A stretch of DNA of 64,000 nucleotides from Parcubacteria group bacterium Gr01-1014_13 (GTDB lineage: Bacteria > Patescibacteriota > Patescibacteriia > Magasanikbacterales > GWA2-37-8): the NCBI GenBank assembly GCA_007376295.1, contig VMGB01000003.1:71106-135105 (forward strand), read 5' to 3'. This document shows, one piece after another, positions 39,581-49,852 of the stretch. Positions within the stretch are counted from its first letter, which is position 1. Every line of letters begins with the position of its first letter. The notes beneath the pieces were generated by a model, which was given only the letters and a program-made list of their open reading frames with translations, did not search any database and had not been told where the DNA came from. The translations under genes were made by a program, and so were the position numbers.

Positions 39581-40951
39581 ATGAAGAACACGGTTCTTTC
39601 AACAATTTTCTGCGCATTACTAGCTGCCTGCTCACCCAATGTGACGCCAGTGGACATGGAATATAATGTAAGCGTCGAGACGATCGAGGACACCTGCGGA
39701 AACGATCCGGCCCCCGATGGCCTAACTATTCCGTTCAATGTTGCCCTGCAGACAGACAACAAAATAAATGTCTGGTATCCGGCCGGATATGCTCCGGGCC
39801 GTGGCGACTACAAGGGTTTTATCATTTATGATGGCCAGACAGATTTTGAATCCAAACGTCCATCGAAAACTGGACCAGGCGATGATGTCGTCCGCATCTC
39901 CGGCAGTCTTACCATGGATTTCATGGACATTACCATCGAAGAGCGGCGTTGGCGACAAGAAGAAACAGAGCCAGTGCCATGCATCCGCAAAGCGCGCCTG
40001 CGCGGCGCGGCGCGGCCTTTCTCGACCCTGACTGCACTCGACGGCAAATATGAGGCATACTATGATTTCTATGAACTGGTCTGCCCTCCAGGCCAACCAC
40101 AAGAAAACGATCCTGTACCATGGACCGTACCACTGGACATCAAAGACCAAAACGGTTCCGCGCTTTTCGCCTTTGATTCCTACGATGAAAACCTGATGTT
40201 TGCGATGCCAACTGAAACGCTCGCGTCGGGCAACATCGACTGGGATGGGGCTATATACCTCATCGGACGAACCAGCGGTATCTTCTATGAATTTGAAGGG
40301 AATGTTGCCGGCAAATTTGTGGACGGATCCTATTATCTGCGGATCAAGTTCCATGAAATTGGCGATACTACCGGATGCGATTTTGTCCTTGATGCGAACG
40401 GTGCCAAACGTATGCCAGATCCTACCAGCATCTCGAATACTTACCGTCTGGCCTTCCTGGAATCAGACGCCTGTCGTCACGATGCTTTTGGGGACATAAC
40501 GCTCACGAAAACCGAACAGGAAGGCGAGATCGTCTTCCACACCGATGGCCGTCTGACCCTGATGCATAGCAATGAACGCTTTAATCTAAAAGCGCAAACG
40601 GACGGTAGTTATACCGGATCCTGGTCGGCAGGCGGTGTGACTCTGAAATACAAGCTGACGGCCGCGCCGCCGAATCTGTCGTTCTCATTCATGTATGCGT
40701 GGCCGACCGACGAGGGTTACTGCGACATTGCCACCGAGGTGGCCGGCGTACCGCGCTACTTCCCGGGATTGGCGCTAACCACTCCGAAGAGGACTAGTGA
40801 AAATCTGCAAATGGCCAGATATTCATCCAACGCAACTGAAAAGTTAAACTTCAAATCGCTTGGACTGGCCGCCAAAATCAAAAACCGCGCGCGCTTACAC
40901 CCGTTATCCGAAGCGCCGCAATTTGTTCGCGAAGCCATCTTGGCTCGCTAG
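39581..40951 (+). CDS. Putative lipoprotein, GC-rich, probably horizontally acquired
   Basis: LAAC lipobox; SD AAGGAG; beta-rich with paired Cys. Confidence 0.7.
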   Translation: MKNTVLSTIFCALLAACSPNVTPVDMEYNVSVETIEDTCGNDPAPDGLTIPFNVALQTDNKINVWYPAGYAPGRGDYKGFIIYDGQTDFESKRPSKTGPGDDVVRISGSLTMDFMDITIEERRWRQEETEPVPCIRKARLRGAARPFSTLTALDGKYEAYYDFYELVCPPGQPQENDPVPWTVPLDIKDQNGSALFAFDSYDENLMFAMPTETLASGNIDWDGAIYLIGRTSGIFYEFEGNVAGKFVDGSYYLRIKFHEIGDTTGCDFVLDANGAKRMPDPTSISNTYRLAFLESDACRHDAFGDITLTKTEQEGEIVFHTDGRLTLMHSNERFNLKAQTDGSYTGSWSAGGVTLKYKLTAAPPNLSFSFMYAWPTDEGYCDIATEVAGVPRYFPGLALTTPKRTSENLQMARYSSNATEKLNFKSLGLAAKIKNRARLHPLSEAPQFVREAILAR

Positions 40952-41065
40952 CTCGTTCTTTTAAACCTGAACACATAATTTATATGACGGCTCCATCGCA
41001 AGGGCCGTTTTTTTTAAATAATCCCGCCACGCATGCGCGGGACGGGATACAAAATTTTTGCCGAA

Positions 41066-41608
41066 TTAACTGAATTTAACAAAACCATTATCGCTGGCAA
41101 GAGCAAAGCCCTTGCGTAATTGAGAATAGATATACAACCAATCCGCGATCTCTTCTTTTACTGTTGTATCACCGTAAAAACTAAAACGCTTCTCTTTGAT
41201 TATTTTACGAATTGACTTCTTGATAGGACCAGAAAATTCCTCAAAATCACCGGCGAGTTTTTTGCTCGTTACCGGCCCAATGGCGCCATCTGAGTCGGAC
41301 ATATTAACCAACTCAAAGAATGGTTTGCCTTTGTACTTTTCTGGGTTCTGCCAAACTTCTTGAGCAGACGCTTTTAGAGCAGCGTACGATAACAATTCAC
41401 GCCAGTCATTATAATACGAATACATTACGGAAAAAATACTTTTACTTTTTCCCTTGCATTCATAACAACCTTCTTGGAGACCATCCAGACGTTCAATGAA
41501 TGTTGGAACAGAGTTGATTCCGATATGATCACCTTCATCATCAACACATTTTGCATCTTTTTTATGGACAAAGAGCATCTTGCTGTATGCGCAAACAAAA
41601 AGTCCCAT
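41066..41608 (-). CDS. Hypothetical protein
   Basis: ORF; ATG 41608 preceded by GAGGTG; SDSDGAIGP motif. Confidence 0.65.
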   Translation of the reverse strand: MGLFVCAYSKMLFVHKKDAKCVDDEGDHIGINSVPTFIERLDGLQEGCYECKGKSKSIFSVMYSYYNDWRELLSYAALKASAQEVWQNPEKYKGKPFFELVNMSDSDGAIGPVTSKKLAGDFEEFSGPIKKSIRKIIKEKRFSFYGDTTVKEEIADWLYIYSQLRKGFALASDNGFVKFS

Positions 41609-41721
41609 TGCACACCTCGCTTCCGATAAAATTATCTTAAAGCATAATTTACCATAAAACAAGCATAAAAAACCCGAAATTCTATGAACTTCGGGGTACT
41701 AAGTTTCTTTACTAGTTGACT

Positions 41722-41982
41722 TTAGTCATCAAGCGCGATGACTACATCGTCAAAAAGTTTTACAGAGTCCTTGTATATCTTACGGCGCCAATACTGGACT
41801 CCTAGCCCTAAAACAGAAAAAATATTTTCTTTGGGCTGCCACTCAATTGCAATTTCGCGACTTTTAAATACCAGACACAAATCCCAGCTATCAACTTCCG
41901 GGTTTGAGGACTTCTCAAGACTGATCTTTACATTGGGAAGTCTAATACGAAACTTTTCTTTTAAGCGCTCGATTTCGGTCAT
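41722..41982 (-). CDS. Hypothetical protein
   Basis: 86-aa ORF with AAGGA upstream; co-oriented cluster. Confidence 0.55.
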   Translation of the reverse strand: MTEIERLKEKFRIRLPNVKISLEKSSNPEVDSWDLCLVFKSREIAIEWQPKENIFSVLGLGVQYWRRKIYKDSVKLFDDVVIALDD

Positions 41983-42012
41983 GGCTGATTTATCCTTGTT
42001 TTAGTTCAGTAA

Positions 42013-42324
42013 TCACATTCCCCGAATGGTACCACCCTTGAAAATGACGCCGGTGCAGACATACACTTCCGCGGCCTTTCCAGCGGGATTTGTTGCCTTT
42101 GCAGTAAATCGCGCGGCGTCCTTCTCATCACATCCGCGGAAACCAACTGCAAACCAAGCGTGATCCACGATTTGGATATCGCTGTATCCCTGCGCTTCAA
42201 GCGCAGTGATAGCCGCGTCTTCGCTAGCGAAGACGCCTCTACAGGCTCCGAAAAAGAAAGCGACGGGGAATAAAATAACAATGAACCACAAGAAATAATC
42301 TCTGCCTTTTTGAACTTTCATCAT
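42013..42324 (-). CDS. Small membrane/secreted protein resembling phage hypothetical proteins
   Basis: SD AGGAGG; TM followed by LEAQGY...GC...F.A.A....G....VC.G.IFKG.TIR pattern. Confidence 0.6.
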   Translation of the reverse strand: MMKVQKGRDYFLWFIVILFPVAFFFGACRGVFASEDAAITALEAQGYSDIQIVDHAWFAVGFRGCDEKDAARFTAKATNPAGKAAEVYVCTGVIFKGGTIRGM

Positions 42325-42424
42325 TGCCTCCTGTTTGTGAGCCATCAATATATCCTTTTTAGCATCAAAAGTCAATATTAAAACAAAAAATCAGCATCTC
42401 TGCTGTTTCTTGTCTCTCCAAATG

Positions 42425-42496
42425 TGTCCTCGTTAGGAGTCGAACCTAAATTTCCGGCTTCGCAGGCCAGTGTCCTATCCATTGAACGACGAGGAC
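42425..42496 (-). tRNA. tRNA-Arg (GCG)
   Basis: GTCCTCG/CGAGGAC acceptor; CTGGC-CTGCGAA-GCCGG anticodon arm; GGTTCGACTCC T arm. Confidence 0.92.
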
Positions 42497-42501
42497 TTAT
42501 C

Positions 42502-43008
42502 TTAGTGCAACTTAAACATTCTGCCCAACCTATCGCTCAATGGTTCCTCTTCTTGGTCTAAATCTTCTACCAAAAATTCGTTTAGATATTCTCGAATCGG
42601 ACGAGGATCATTATCCAAAAGTGGAATCTGCAAGCGATGTCTCAAAATACTGTTTGTTGTAAAGTAAATATTCTTTACTTCCGGCGGATTATATATTATC
42701 CAATAATTGGTAATTTCTTTGAATGGATAATATGTGTTTCCGACTACGATCCCGGTTTCGGTGACGGCAAATGAAACCCGCATTGGTTGTTGCATATCCT
42801 GCAAAAACAAGACGATTCCAAAAAGCACCACTACCAGGGCAAATAGATAATTACCAGATATTACGGAATAAAGCAAGAGCGCTACGCCAATTACAGCGGT
42901 AATTACGTACCAGCGCTTGTTTCTATCATGTTTTTCGTATTCATTTACTTCCCAATCAAAAACTACACCTCCGATATTTGCCTCTGCCTTATTTAAGTTA
43001 ACCGGCAT
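42502..43008 (-). CDS. Conserved CPR membrane protein (two TM helices plus PH-like domain)
   Basis: WEVNEYEKHDRNKRWY, TM pair, ETGIVVGNTYYPF. Confidence 0.7.
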   Translation of the reverse strand: MPVNLNKAEANIGGVVFDWEVNEYEKHDRNKRWYVITAVIGVALLLYSVISGNYLFALVVVLFGIVLFLQDMQQPMRVSFAVTETGIVVGNTYYPFKEITNYWIIYNPPEVKNIYFTTNSILRHRLQIPLLDNDPRPIREYLNEFLVEDLDQEEEPLSDRLGRMFKLH

Positions 43009-43132
43009 ATACAAATTTAGATAATAAAGCTCTTTACTGGTAATTATAACACAAAAAATTGATAAAAACAACGAGGTTGCATTTCATAAAATTTTATGAT
43101 AAAGTTAGTTAATTATTCTGAATAATTCTACT

Positions 43133-44593
43133 ATGGATGAACAGTCAATAAATTTACTTAAACCCCAAAATTACCCTCTCTCCGACCCCCCAAAAAAGAA
43201 GACCAAACGGGTCATATTTTTGGCTTTGGCTCTGACTATTTTAGGCCTTTTAATTTTCCGAAATTACACCATGACCAAATGGCCAAATAATCCGGACGAC
43301 TACGACTCAGTCACCCTCAAACCCAAAAGAATAGGGTTTTTGCAAACTGTAAAGAATTTTATCTTTAGCTCAGATAATGTAATCGCCGGAGATCAAGATG
43401 GCCGGATAAATATCTTGCTTCTAGGTATTGGGGGCTCTGGACATGATGGCCCGTACTTAAGCGACACTAATATTATTCTTAGTATAAAACCAAGCACCAA
43501 TGAAGTGGCGATGATTTCTATTCCGCGCGATCTGGCTGTGAGAATAAATAACCATGGCGTCAGAAAAATAAATAACGCTGATGCTTTTGGTGAAGCTGAG
43601 CAGGCCAATGGTGGCGGAGAATATGCCCGAAAAGTTTTTGAAAAAACATTTGGCATCAGCATCCCCTACTATGCGCGTGTAGATTTTATGGCTTTCAAAG
43701 AATTGGTAGATGCCGTAGGCGGCATAGAGGTCAATGTCCAACGTTCTTTTGTAGACACTGCTTATCCGGGTCCCAATCATTCTTTCCAAACCATCTCCTT
43801 TCAGGCTGGTCCACAACAACTAAACGGCGAACGCGCTTTGATGTTTGCTCGTTCCCGCCACGGATCAAATGGTGAAGGTTCGGATTTTGCCCGTGCTAAA
43901 CGCCAACAATTAGTACTCACCGCCTTTAAAAAAGAAGTGCTTTCGGCCGGCACTTTCCTTAACCCCGTAACTCTGCAAAAGATTTTTTCCTCCCTATCTC
44001 AGCATATTGTTACCAATCTAGATTTTGGACAGACCATGTATTTGATTAGTTTGGCCAAACAATTAAACAGCGACGAACTAAAAACATTGGTTATAGATGA
44101 CTCGCCAAATGGATTTTTAAAATCAATCATCGGTGAAGATGGGGCTTATCTGCTTATCCCAAAAAGTGGAAATTTTTCCGAGATAACTTCAGCTATAAAC
44201 AATATCTTTGAAGCAACCAGCACGATGGCCGCCTACACTCCCAATCAAAATCAGCCTATCACCATTGCCTCCGTTATCCCCTCTATCCCTTCGGTCAAAA
44301 TAGAAATTCAAAACGGAACTTGGCAACCAGGTTTGGCTGCTTTCAAAAAACAGGAGCTGGAAAAAGAAGGATTACAAATTTTTTCCATCGGTAATAGCGC
44401 CAAAAGGCCTATCGCTACCACTACTATCTACCTAATCAACCCAAATGTCTCCAGCACAATCGTTACCTCTCTTAAGGGCAAATTCCACGCCCTAACCTCC
44501 AACACCTTGCCAGAATGGTTACAAAGAGCGTATAATGCCGCCAGCTCGTCCCGAGACATCCTCATTGTCCTTGGACAGGACATGGTAGAATAA
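43133..44593 (+). CDS. LCP (LytR-CpsA-Psr) family protein with LytR_C domain
   Basis: NILLLG, SDT, SIPRD, ARSRH, SDFARAKRQQ; C-terminal IQNGT...GLA. Confidence 0.92.
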   Translation: MDEQSINLLKPQNYPLSDPPKKKTKRVIFLALALTILGLLIFRNYTMTKWPNNPDDYDSVTLKPKRIGFLQTVKNFIFSSDNVIAGDQDGRINILLLGIGGSGHDGPYLSDTNIILSIKPSTNEVAMISIPRDLAVRINNHGVRKINNADAFGEAEQANGGGEYARKVFEKTFGISIPYYARVDFMAFKELVDAVGGIEVNVQRSFVDTAYPGPNHSFQTISFQAGPQQLNGERALMFARSRHGSNGEGSDFARAKRQQLVLTAFKKEVLSAGTFLNPVTLQKIFSSLSQHIVTNLDFGQTMYLISLAKQLNSDELKTLVIDDSPNGFLKSIIGEDGAYLLIPKSGNFSEITSAINNIFEATSTMAAYTPNQNQPITIASVIPSIPSVKIEIQNGTWQPGLAAFKKQELEKEGLQIFSIGNSAKRPIATTTIYLINPNVSSTIVTSLKGKFHALTSNTLPEWLQRAYNAASSSRDILIVLGQDMVE

Positions 44594-44600
44594 ACAAGTT

Positions 44601-45977
44601 ATGGCAACACCTGCAAAAATTACCGATCAAAATCTACCCACCATAGCCTTGGTGGGCCGGGTTAATGTTGGTAAATCTACCTTGTTTAACAAAATTCTTG
44701 AACAAAACAAGGCTATCGTTTCTACTATTGCCGGTACTACCCGCACCAGAAACATCGGCATTGCCAGCTGGAGAGGAAAAGAGTTCACTCTGGTAGACAC
44801 AGGCGGAATTACTTTCTCCGAAGAAGTTATATTAGAAAAAGAGATCGTCGAACAGACCGAAGCCGCGATTAAAGAATCAGATTTAATAATTTTTGTAGTA
44901 GATGTTCAAGCTGGACTATTACCCCAAGAACGCGAATTGGCTAAAAAATTAATTAAAGATAAAAGTAAAATTATATTTGTCGCCAATAAAGCTGATAATG
45001 AACGCCTGCGTTTGGATACACACGAGGGCGAATGGCGCAAACTTGGATTAGGAGTTCCATTCCCAATATCGGCAGCTAATGGCTCTAATGTCGGCAACTT
45101 GCTAGATGAAATTTTTAAAAGACTGGGCAAGACTTCCAAAAGACCAAAAACAACCAAAGAAAAAAAGGTTATTAAAGTAGCATTAATTGGTAAGCCTAAT
45201 GTCGGCAAATCTTCTCTTTTCAATACTTTAATTGGTAAAGACCAAGTAATTGTTAGTGACATGCCCCACACCACCCGCGAACCACATGATACTTTGGTGG
45301 AAGTTGATGGTAAGTCATTAATATTTATTGACACTGCCGGTATCCGCAGAAAATCCAAAGTTTCCGGAGAACTGGAAAGAGCTGGTATTGGCAAAAGCAT
45401 AGATATGATAAAAAAAGCCGATGTGGTACTTTTTGTTTTAGATGCTCACGAAACTATTACTACCCAAGATCAACAGCTGGCTGGATTTTTGCGCGAAAAT
45501 ACCAAGAGCACTATTTTTGTAATAAATAAATGGGATTTAGCTGAAGAAAATACGGAAGAATTTAAAAACGAAACCAAAGCAAAAATTTACGCCGACTTCC
45601 CTCACCTGGATTTTGCCCCAATTGTTTTTGTCAGTTCTAAAACACAATATAAAGTACATCAAATTTTCCCCTTAATTTTCCGCGCTTGGGAAGAACGCCA
45701 CACTATTGTCCCTGAAGATGAACTAAAAGAATTCTTCAAAAAAGTTACCAAAGACCACCGACCATCGCGCGGCAAAGGTACCCGCCATCCGCAGGTTTTT
45801 GCTTTCCACCAAATTCACAATAACCCACCGATGTTTGAAATGATGATTAAATTCCAAACCTCTATTCACTTCTCCTACGTCCGCTACATCGAAAACAAAC
45901 TGCGCGAAAGATTTGGTTTCTTTGCTTCACCGATTGTGATAAAATTAACTAAGCTACGAAGAAAGATTAACCTCTAA
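44601..45977 (+). CDS. der: Ribosome biogenesis GTPase Der
   Basis: Tandem GTPase domains (GRVNVGKS, GKPNVGKS, DTGG, DTAG, NKWD). Confidence 0.96.
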   Translation: MATPAKITDQNLPTIALVGRVNVGKSTLFNKILEQNKAIVSTIAGTTRTRNIGIASWRGKEFTLVDTGGITFSEEVILEKEIVEQTEAAIKESDLIIFVVDVQAGLLPQERELAKKLIKDKSKIIFVANKADNERLRLDTHEGEWRKLGLGVPFPISAANGSNVGNLLDEIFKRLGKTSKRPKTTKEKKVIKVALIGKPNVGKSSLFNTLIGKDQVIVSDMPHTTREPHDTLVEVDGKSLIFIDTAGIRRKSKVSGELERAGIGKSIDMIKKADVVLFVLDAHETITTQDQQLAGFLRENTKSTIFVINKWDLAEENTEEFKNETKAKIYADFPHLDFAPIVFVSSKTQYKVHQIFPLIFRAWEERHTIVPEDELKEFFKKVTKDHRPSRGKGTRHPQVFAFHQIHNNPPMFEMMIKFQTSIHFSYVRYIENKLRERFGFFASPIVIKLTKLRRKINL

Positions 45978-45987
45978 TAACAAGGCC

Positions 45988-46518
45988 ATGCAGCTCATCA
46001 TCGGTCTAGGCAATCCGGAAAAAGAATACACCTCAACCCGCCACAACACGGGCTTTTTGGTTATAGACAAATTGCTTGCCGACTCCGGCGCAGAGACTAA
46101 ATTTGATAAAAAAGCTAATGCCGAAGTGGCCAAAGCGACCATAGACAAAAAAAGGGTTTTACTAGTTAAACCACTCACCTACATGAACAACTCTGGAATT
46201 GCGGTGCGGGCATTGCTGGATTTTTATAAACTAAAACCGGAAAATTTAATTGTAATTCATGATGACAAGGATATTCCGCTAGGAGAAACGCGCGTCCAGA
46301 CTGACCGCGGACCAGCCGGACATAACGGCGTAAAATCTATCATTGAACACTTAGGTACAAAAAACTTTGTGCGCATTCGTGTTGGCGTTGCTCCGGCAAG
46401 CCAAAACGAAATAAAGGACACCGTAAATTTTGTGATGGGTAAATTTACTGCTGAAGAAAAAAAGAAATTAAAAAAAGTTACTGAAAATATAGCCAAAGAA
46501 CTGGAACAGATTATTTAA
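45988..46518 (+). CDS. pth: Peptidyl-tRNA hydrolase
   Basis: GLGNP, TRHNTG, KPLTYMNNSG, GHNG. Confidence 0.96.
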   Translation: MQLIIGLGNPEKEYTSTRHNTGFLVIDKLLADSGAETKFDKKANAEVAKATIDKKRVLLVKPLTYMNNSGIAVRALLDFYKLKPENLIVIHDDKDIPLGETRVQTDRGPAGHNGVKSIIEHLGTKNFVRIRVGVAPASQNEIKDTVNFVMGKFTAEEKKKLKKVTENIAKELEQII

Positions 46519-46520
46519 TT

Positions 46521-47408
46521 ATGGATTACCACGCCGCTTTGGCGCACTTCCCAAAAATAACTTACAACCGCTACCAAAAACTGGCGGCTTATTTTTCTGA
46601 TTTAAAAAATGTTTGGGAAGCAAAAATTAATGATCTGATAAAAGCCGGATTGGAAGAAAAAGTTGCCAGTGAATTTCTGGCTTGGCGAGAAAAAAATTCG
46701 TTAGAGAAAATAATGGAAAGATTAAATAAAGAAAACATCACTACAATTTCTATAAACAATCCTGCTTATCCGAAGTTACTTAAAGAAATTAACGATCCAC
46801 CTTTTACTTTATTTATCCGCGGCAAATTACCAAATACTAATTTGCCAACTCTGGGCGTAGTGGGCACTAGAAAATTTACTGCTTACGGAAAATCTACTTG
46901 CCAGGAAATAGTTGGGCCACTGGTTAATAAAGGAATTGTTATTGTCAGCGGTTTAGCCTTGGGCATAGATGGAATTGCTCATCAGATAGCAGTAGGCAAT
47001 AACGGCATCACAATTGCTGTGTTGGGCGGCGGTGTAGATAAAAGAACAGTTGCTCCAGCATCTCATCGTGATTTGGCAGAAAAAATTATCGCCACTGGCG
47101 GAGCTGTAATTTCCGAATATCCGCCCGGATTTACACCGACGGTCTATTCTTTTCCGGCGCGCAACCGTATTATCGCTGGTTTAAGCTTAGGCACTCTGGT
47201 AATAGAGGCGGCTGAAAAATCCGGCGCCCTCATTACAGCTAGATGCGCTTTGGACTATAACCGGGACGTTTTTGCTGTACCGCACGCCCTAAATTCGCCT
47301 ACCGGCATTGGGCCAAATAACCTGATAAAGATGGGTGCCAAGGTGGTAACCCAGGCTTCGGACATCATAGAATCGTTAAGCCTTACCACCCTAGGAGAAA
47401 TGGTCTAA
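46521..47408 (+). CDS. dprA: DNA-processing protein DprA
   Basis: VVGTR, SGLALGID, FPARNRIIAG, SGALIT. Confidence 0.95.
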   Translation: MDYHAALAHFPKITYNRYQKLAAYFSDLKNVWEAKINDLIKAGLEEKVASEFLAWREKNSLEKIMERLNKENITTISINNPAYPKLLKEINDPPFTLFIRGKLPNTNLPTLGVVGTRKFTAYGKSTCQEIVGPLVNKGIVIVSGLALGIDGIAHQIAVGNNGITIAVLGGGVDKRTVAPASHRDLAEKIIATGGAVISEYPPGFTPTVYSFPARNRIIAGLSLGTLVIEAAEKSGALITARCALDYNRDVFAVPHALNSPTGIGPNNLIKMGAKVVTQASDIIESLSLTTLGEMV

Positions 47409-47478
47409 AAATCCCCAAATTGACATCTCTCTTTATTTATAGTATCCTTGATACTTGTTATATATAATGAGTAATCTC

Positions 47479-49728
47479 ATGAAAACCTTAGTTATCGTAG
47501 AGTCCCCTACCAAAGCCAAAACAATCTCCAAATTTTTGGGCAAGAACTTTGTTGTAAAGTCTTCTTTTGGCCATGTACGCGATTTGCCTAAAAGCAAGCT
47601 GGGAGTTGATGTTGACAACGATTTTGAACCTCATTACATAGTTAGCCGGGACAAAACCAAGGTCGCCAAAGAACTAAAGGAAGCAGCCAAAAAAGCTGAC
47701 GCTGTCCTATTCGCTACCGATGAGGACCGAGAAGGGGAAGCTATTTCCTGGCACCTAGCTAACATTTTAAACATTGAACCAAACGATGCCAAACGTATTG
47801 TTTTTCATGAAATTACCAAAACCGCTATAATGCACGCTTTGGATAATCCGCGTCCGCTTGACCTAAAAATGGTAGATGCCCAGCAAGCCCGCCGCATCCT
47901 CGACCGTTTGGTAGGTTATGAACTATCCCCTTTCTTATGGCGCAAAGTCGCCAGAGGCTTATCTGCCGGCCGCGTGCAGTCTGTGGCTGTGCGTTTGGTA
48001 GTAGAACGCGAAAGAGAAATTAAAGCCTTTAACCCAGAAGAATACTGGAGCGTTGAAGGAATTTTTGAAACAAAATCAAAACAGACTTTTCCTGCCAAGT
48101 TATATTCGATGAAGGGAAAAAAACTGGATAAATTGGATATTAAAGACAAAAAACAGACAGACAAAATATTAAATGATTTAAAAAATACTACTTACAAAGT
48201 AGAAAATATTGAAGAGAAAAAAACCAAGCGTTTGCCTTCTCCTCCATTTATCACTTCTACTCTGCAACAAGAGGCCAACAGCCAACTTGGATTCTCTGCC
48301 AAACAGACTATGCGTTTGGCGCAACAACTATACGAAGGTGTGGAGCTGGGCAGCGAAGGATCTGTTGGTTTAATCACTTACATGCGTACCGACGCCGTGA
48401 ATCTTTCTGAAAAATTTTTAAACGAAGCCAAAGAATTGATTGGCAACGATTTTGGCAAAAAATACCAACTGTCCGCACCGAGAGTTTATAACAACAAAAG
48501 TAAAAATGCCCAAGAAGCACACGAAGCTGTGCGTCCTACTGAAGTAACACGAACACCGCAATCTATAGAGGCGCACTTGGACAGAAATCAATTTAGATTA
48601 TACGACCTGATCTGGCGCCGAGCTGTGGCCACCCAAATGTCTCCGGCAGAATTAAATGCGACAGTAATAGATGTTGCTAGTGATAACGGCTACTCTTTTA
48701 GAGCGAACGGACAAATAATTGATTTTGACGGTTTCTTAAAACTCTTTCCAGACAAAGCTAAAGAAAATCTATTGCCACAGGTAGCTAAAGACGAAAACTT
48801 GAACTGCGCTGAACTAAAACCAGAACAGCATTTTACTGAACCGCCAGCCCGCTATTCAGACGCTACTTTGGTAAAAGCTTTGGAAAATTACGGCATTGGC
48901 CGTCCATCTACCTATGCTCCAACTATTGGCACTATTGAAGATCGCGGATATATAGAACGCGATGACAAAAAACGATTGGCGCCAAAAGATATTGCCTATG
49001 TTGTGAACGACTTATTGGTAGAACATTTCCCTCATGTGGTTGATTTTCAATTTACCGCTGACATGGAAAATGATTTGGATGAAATAGCTAGGGGAAAGAA
49101 AAAATGGCAGCCGATAATTACCAGTTTCTGGCACCCATTTAAAGAAAATCTTGATAAAAAAGAAAAAGAAATTGATAAAAAAGAATTAACTGAAGAAAAA
49201 TCAGACGAAATTTGCGAAAAATGTAATTCAGCCATGATAGTTAAAACTGGCCGGTTTGGAAAATTCTTGGCTTGCACTAACTATCCAGAATGCAAACATA
49301 CCAAATCATTAAACCCGGAAGAAGCCAAACAACAACAGGCAGTGGAAGCTGTTAACGAAAAATGTGATAAATGCCAGGAAGCTATGATGCTGCGCCACGG
49401 CAGATTTGGTCCATTCTTGGGTTGCTCTGCTTATCCAAAATGCAAAAATATCAAGGGCATAGATGTTAAACTAGGCCTTAAATGCCCAAAATGTAAAGAA
49501 GGCGATGTTGTTCAACGACGCAGTAAAAAGCGTGGCAAACCATTTTATGGCTGTAACAGATACCCAGAATGTGATTTCGCGATGTGGGAAAAACCAACCG
49601 GCGAATTCTGTCCTGACTGTAAAAACCCACTGGTATTTGCAGCCAAAGGAATTATAAAATGCAGTAATAAAGAATGTGTTTTTACCAAAGAACAGCCCGT
49701 TTCTACTCCTGAACCAGTAACTGAATAA
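47479..49728 (+). CDS. topA: DNA topoisomerase I
   Basis: VESPTK, ATDEDREGE, SAGRVQS, ITYMRTD, C-terminal zinc ribbons. Confidence 0.97.
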   Translation: MKTLVIVESPTKAKTISKFLGKNFVVKSSFGHVRDLPKSKLGVDVDNDFEPHYIVSRDKTKVAKELKEAAKKADAVLFATDEDREGEAISWHLANILNIEPNDAKRIVFHEITKTAIMHALDNPRPLDLKMVDAQQARRILDRLVGYELSPFLWRKVARGLSAGRVQSVAVRLVVEREREIKAFNPEEYWSVEGIFETKSKQTFPAKLYSMKGKKLDKLDIKDKKQTDKILNDLKNTTYKVENIEEKKTKRLPSPPFITSTLQQEANSQLGFSAKQTMRLAQQLYEGVELGSEGSVGLITYMRTDAVNLSEKFLNEAKELIGNDFGKKYQLSAPRVYNNKSKNAQEAHEAVRPTEVTRTPQSIEAHLDRNQFRLYDLIWRRAVATQMSPAELNATVIDVASDNGYSFRANGQIIDFDGFLKLFPDKAKENLLPQVAKDENLNCAELKPEQHFTEPPARYSDATLVKALENYGIGRPSTYAPTIGTIEDRGYIERDDKKRLAPKDIAYVVNDLLVEHFPHVVDFQFTADMENDLDEIARGKKKWQPIITSFWHPFKENLDKKEKEIDKKELTEEKSDEICEKCNSAMIVKTGRFGKFLACTNYPECKHTKSLNPEEAKQQQAVEAVNEKCDKCQEAMMLRHGRFGPFLGCSAYPKCKNIKGIDVKLGLKCPKCKEGDVVQRRSKKRGKPFYGCNRYPECDFAMWEKPTGEFCPDCKNPLVFAAKGIIKCSNKECVFTKEQPVSTPEPVTE

Positions 49729-49733
49729 GTTTC

Positions 49734-49772
49734 AATTAAAAAACTCCCCAATTAACGGGAAGTTTTTTAATT
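49734..49772. terminator. Bidirectional terminator between topA and tRNA-Arg
   Basis: AATTAAAAAACTCCCC...GGGAAGTTTTTTAATT. Confidence 0.7.
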
Positions 49773-49773
49773 G

Positions 49774-49845
49774 TGTTCTCAAGAGGAATTGAACCTCTAT
49801 TTCCAGCTTCGGAGGCTAGTGTTCTATCCGTTGAACTATGAGAAC
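49774..49845 (-). tRNA. tRNA-Arg (CCG)
   Basis: GTTCTCA/TGAGAAC acceptor; CTAGC-CTCCGAA-GCTGG anticodon arm. Confidence 0.92.
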
Positions 49846-49852
49846 AGAAGAC

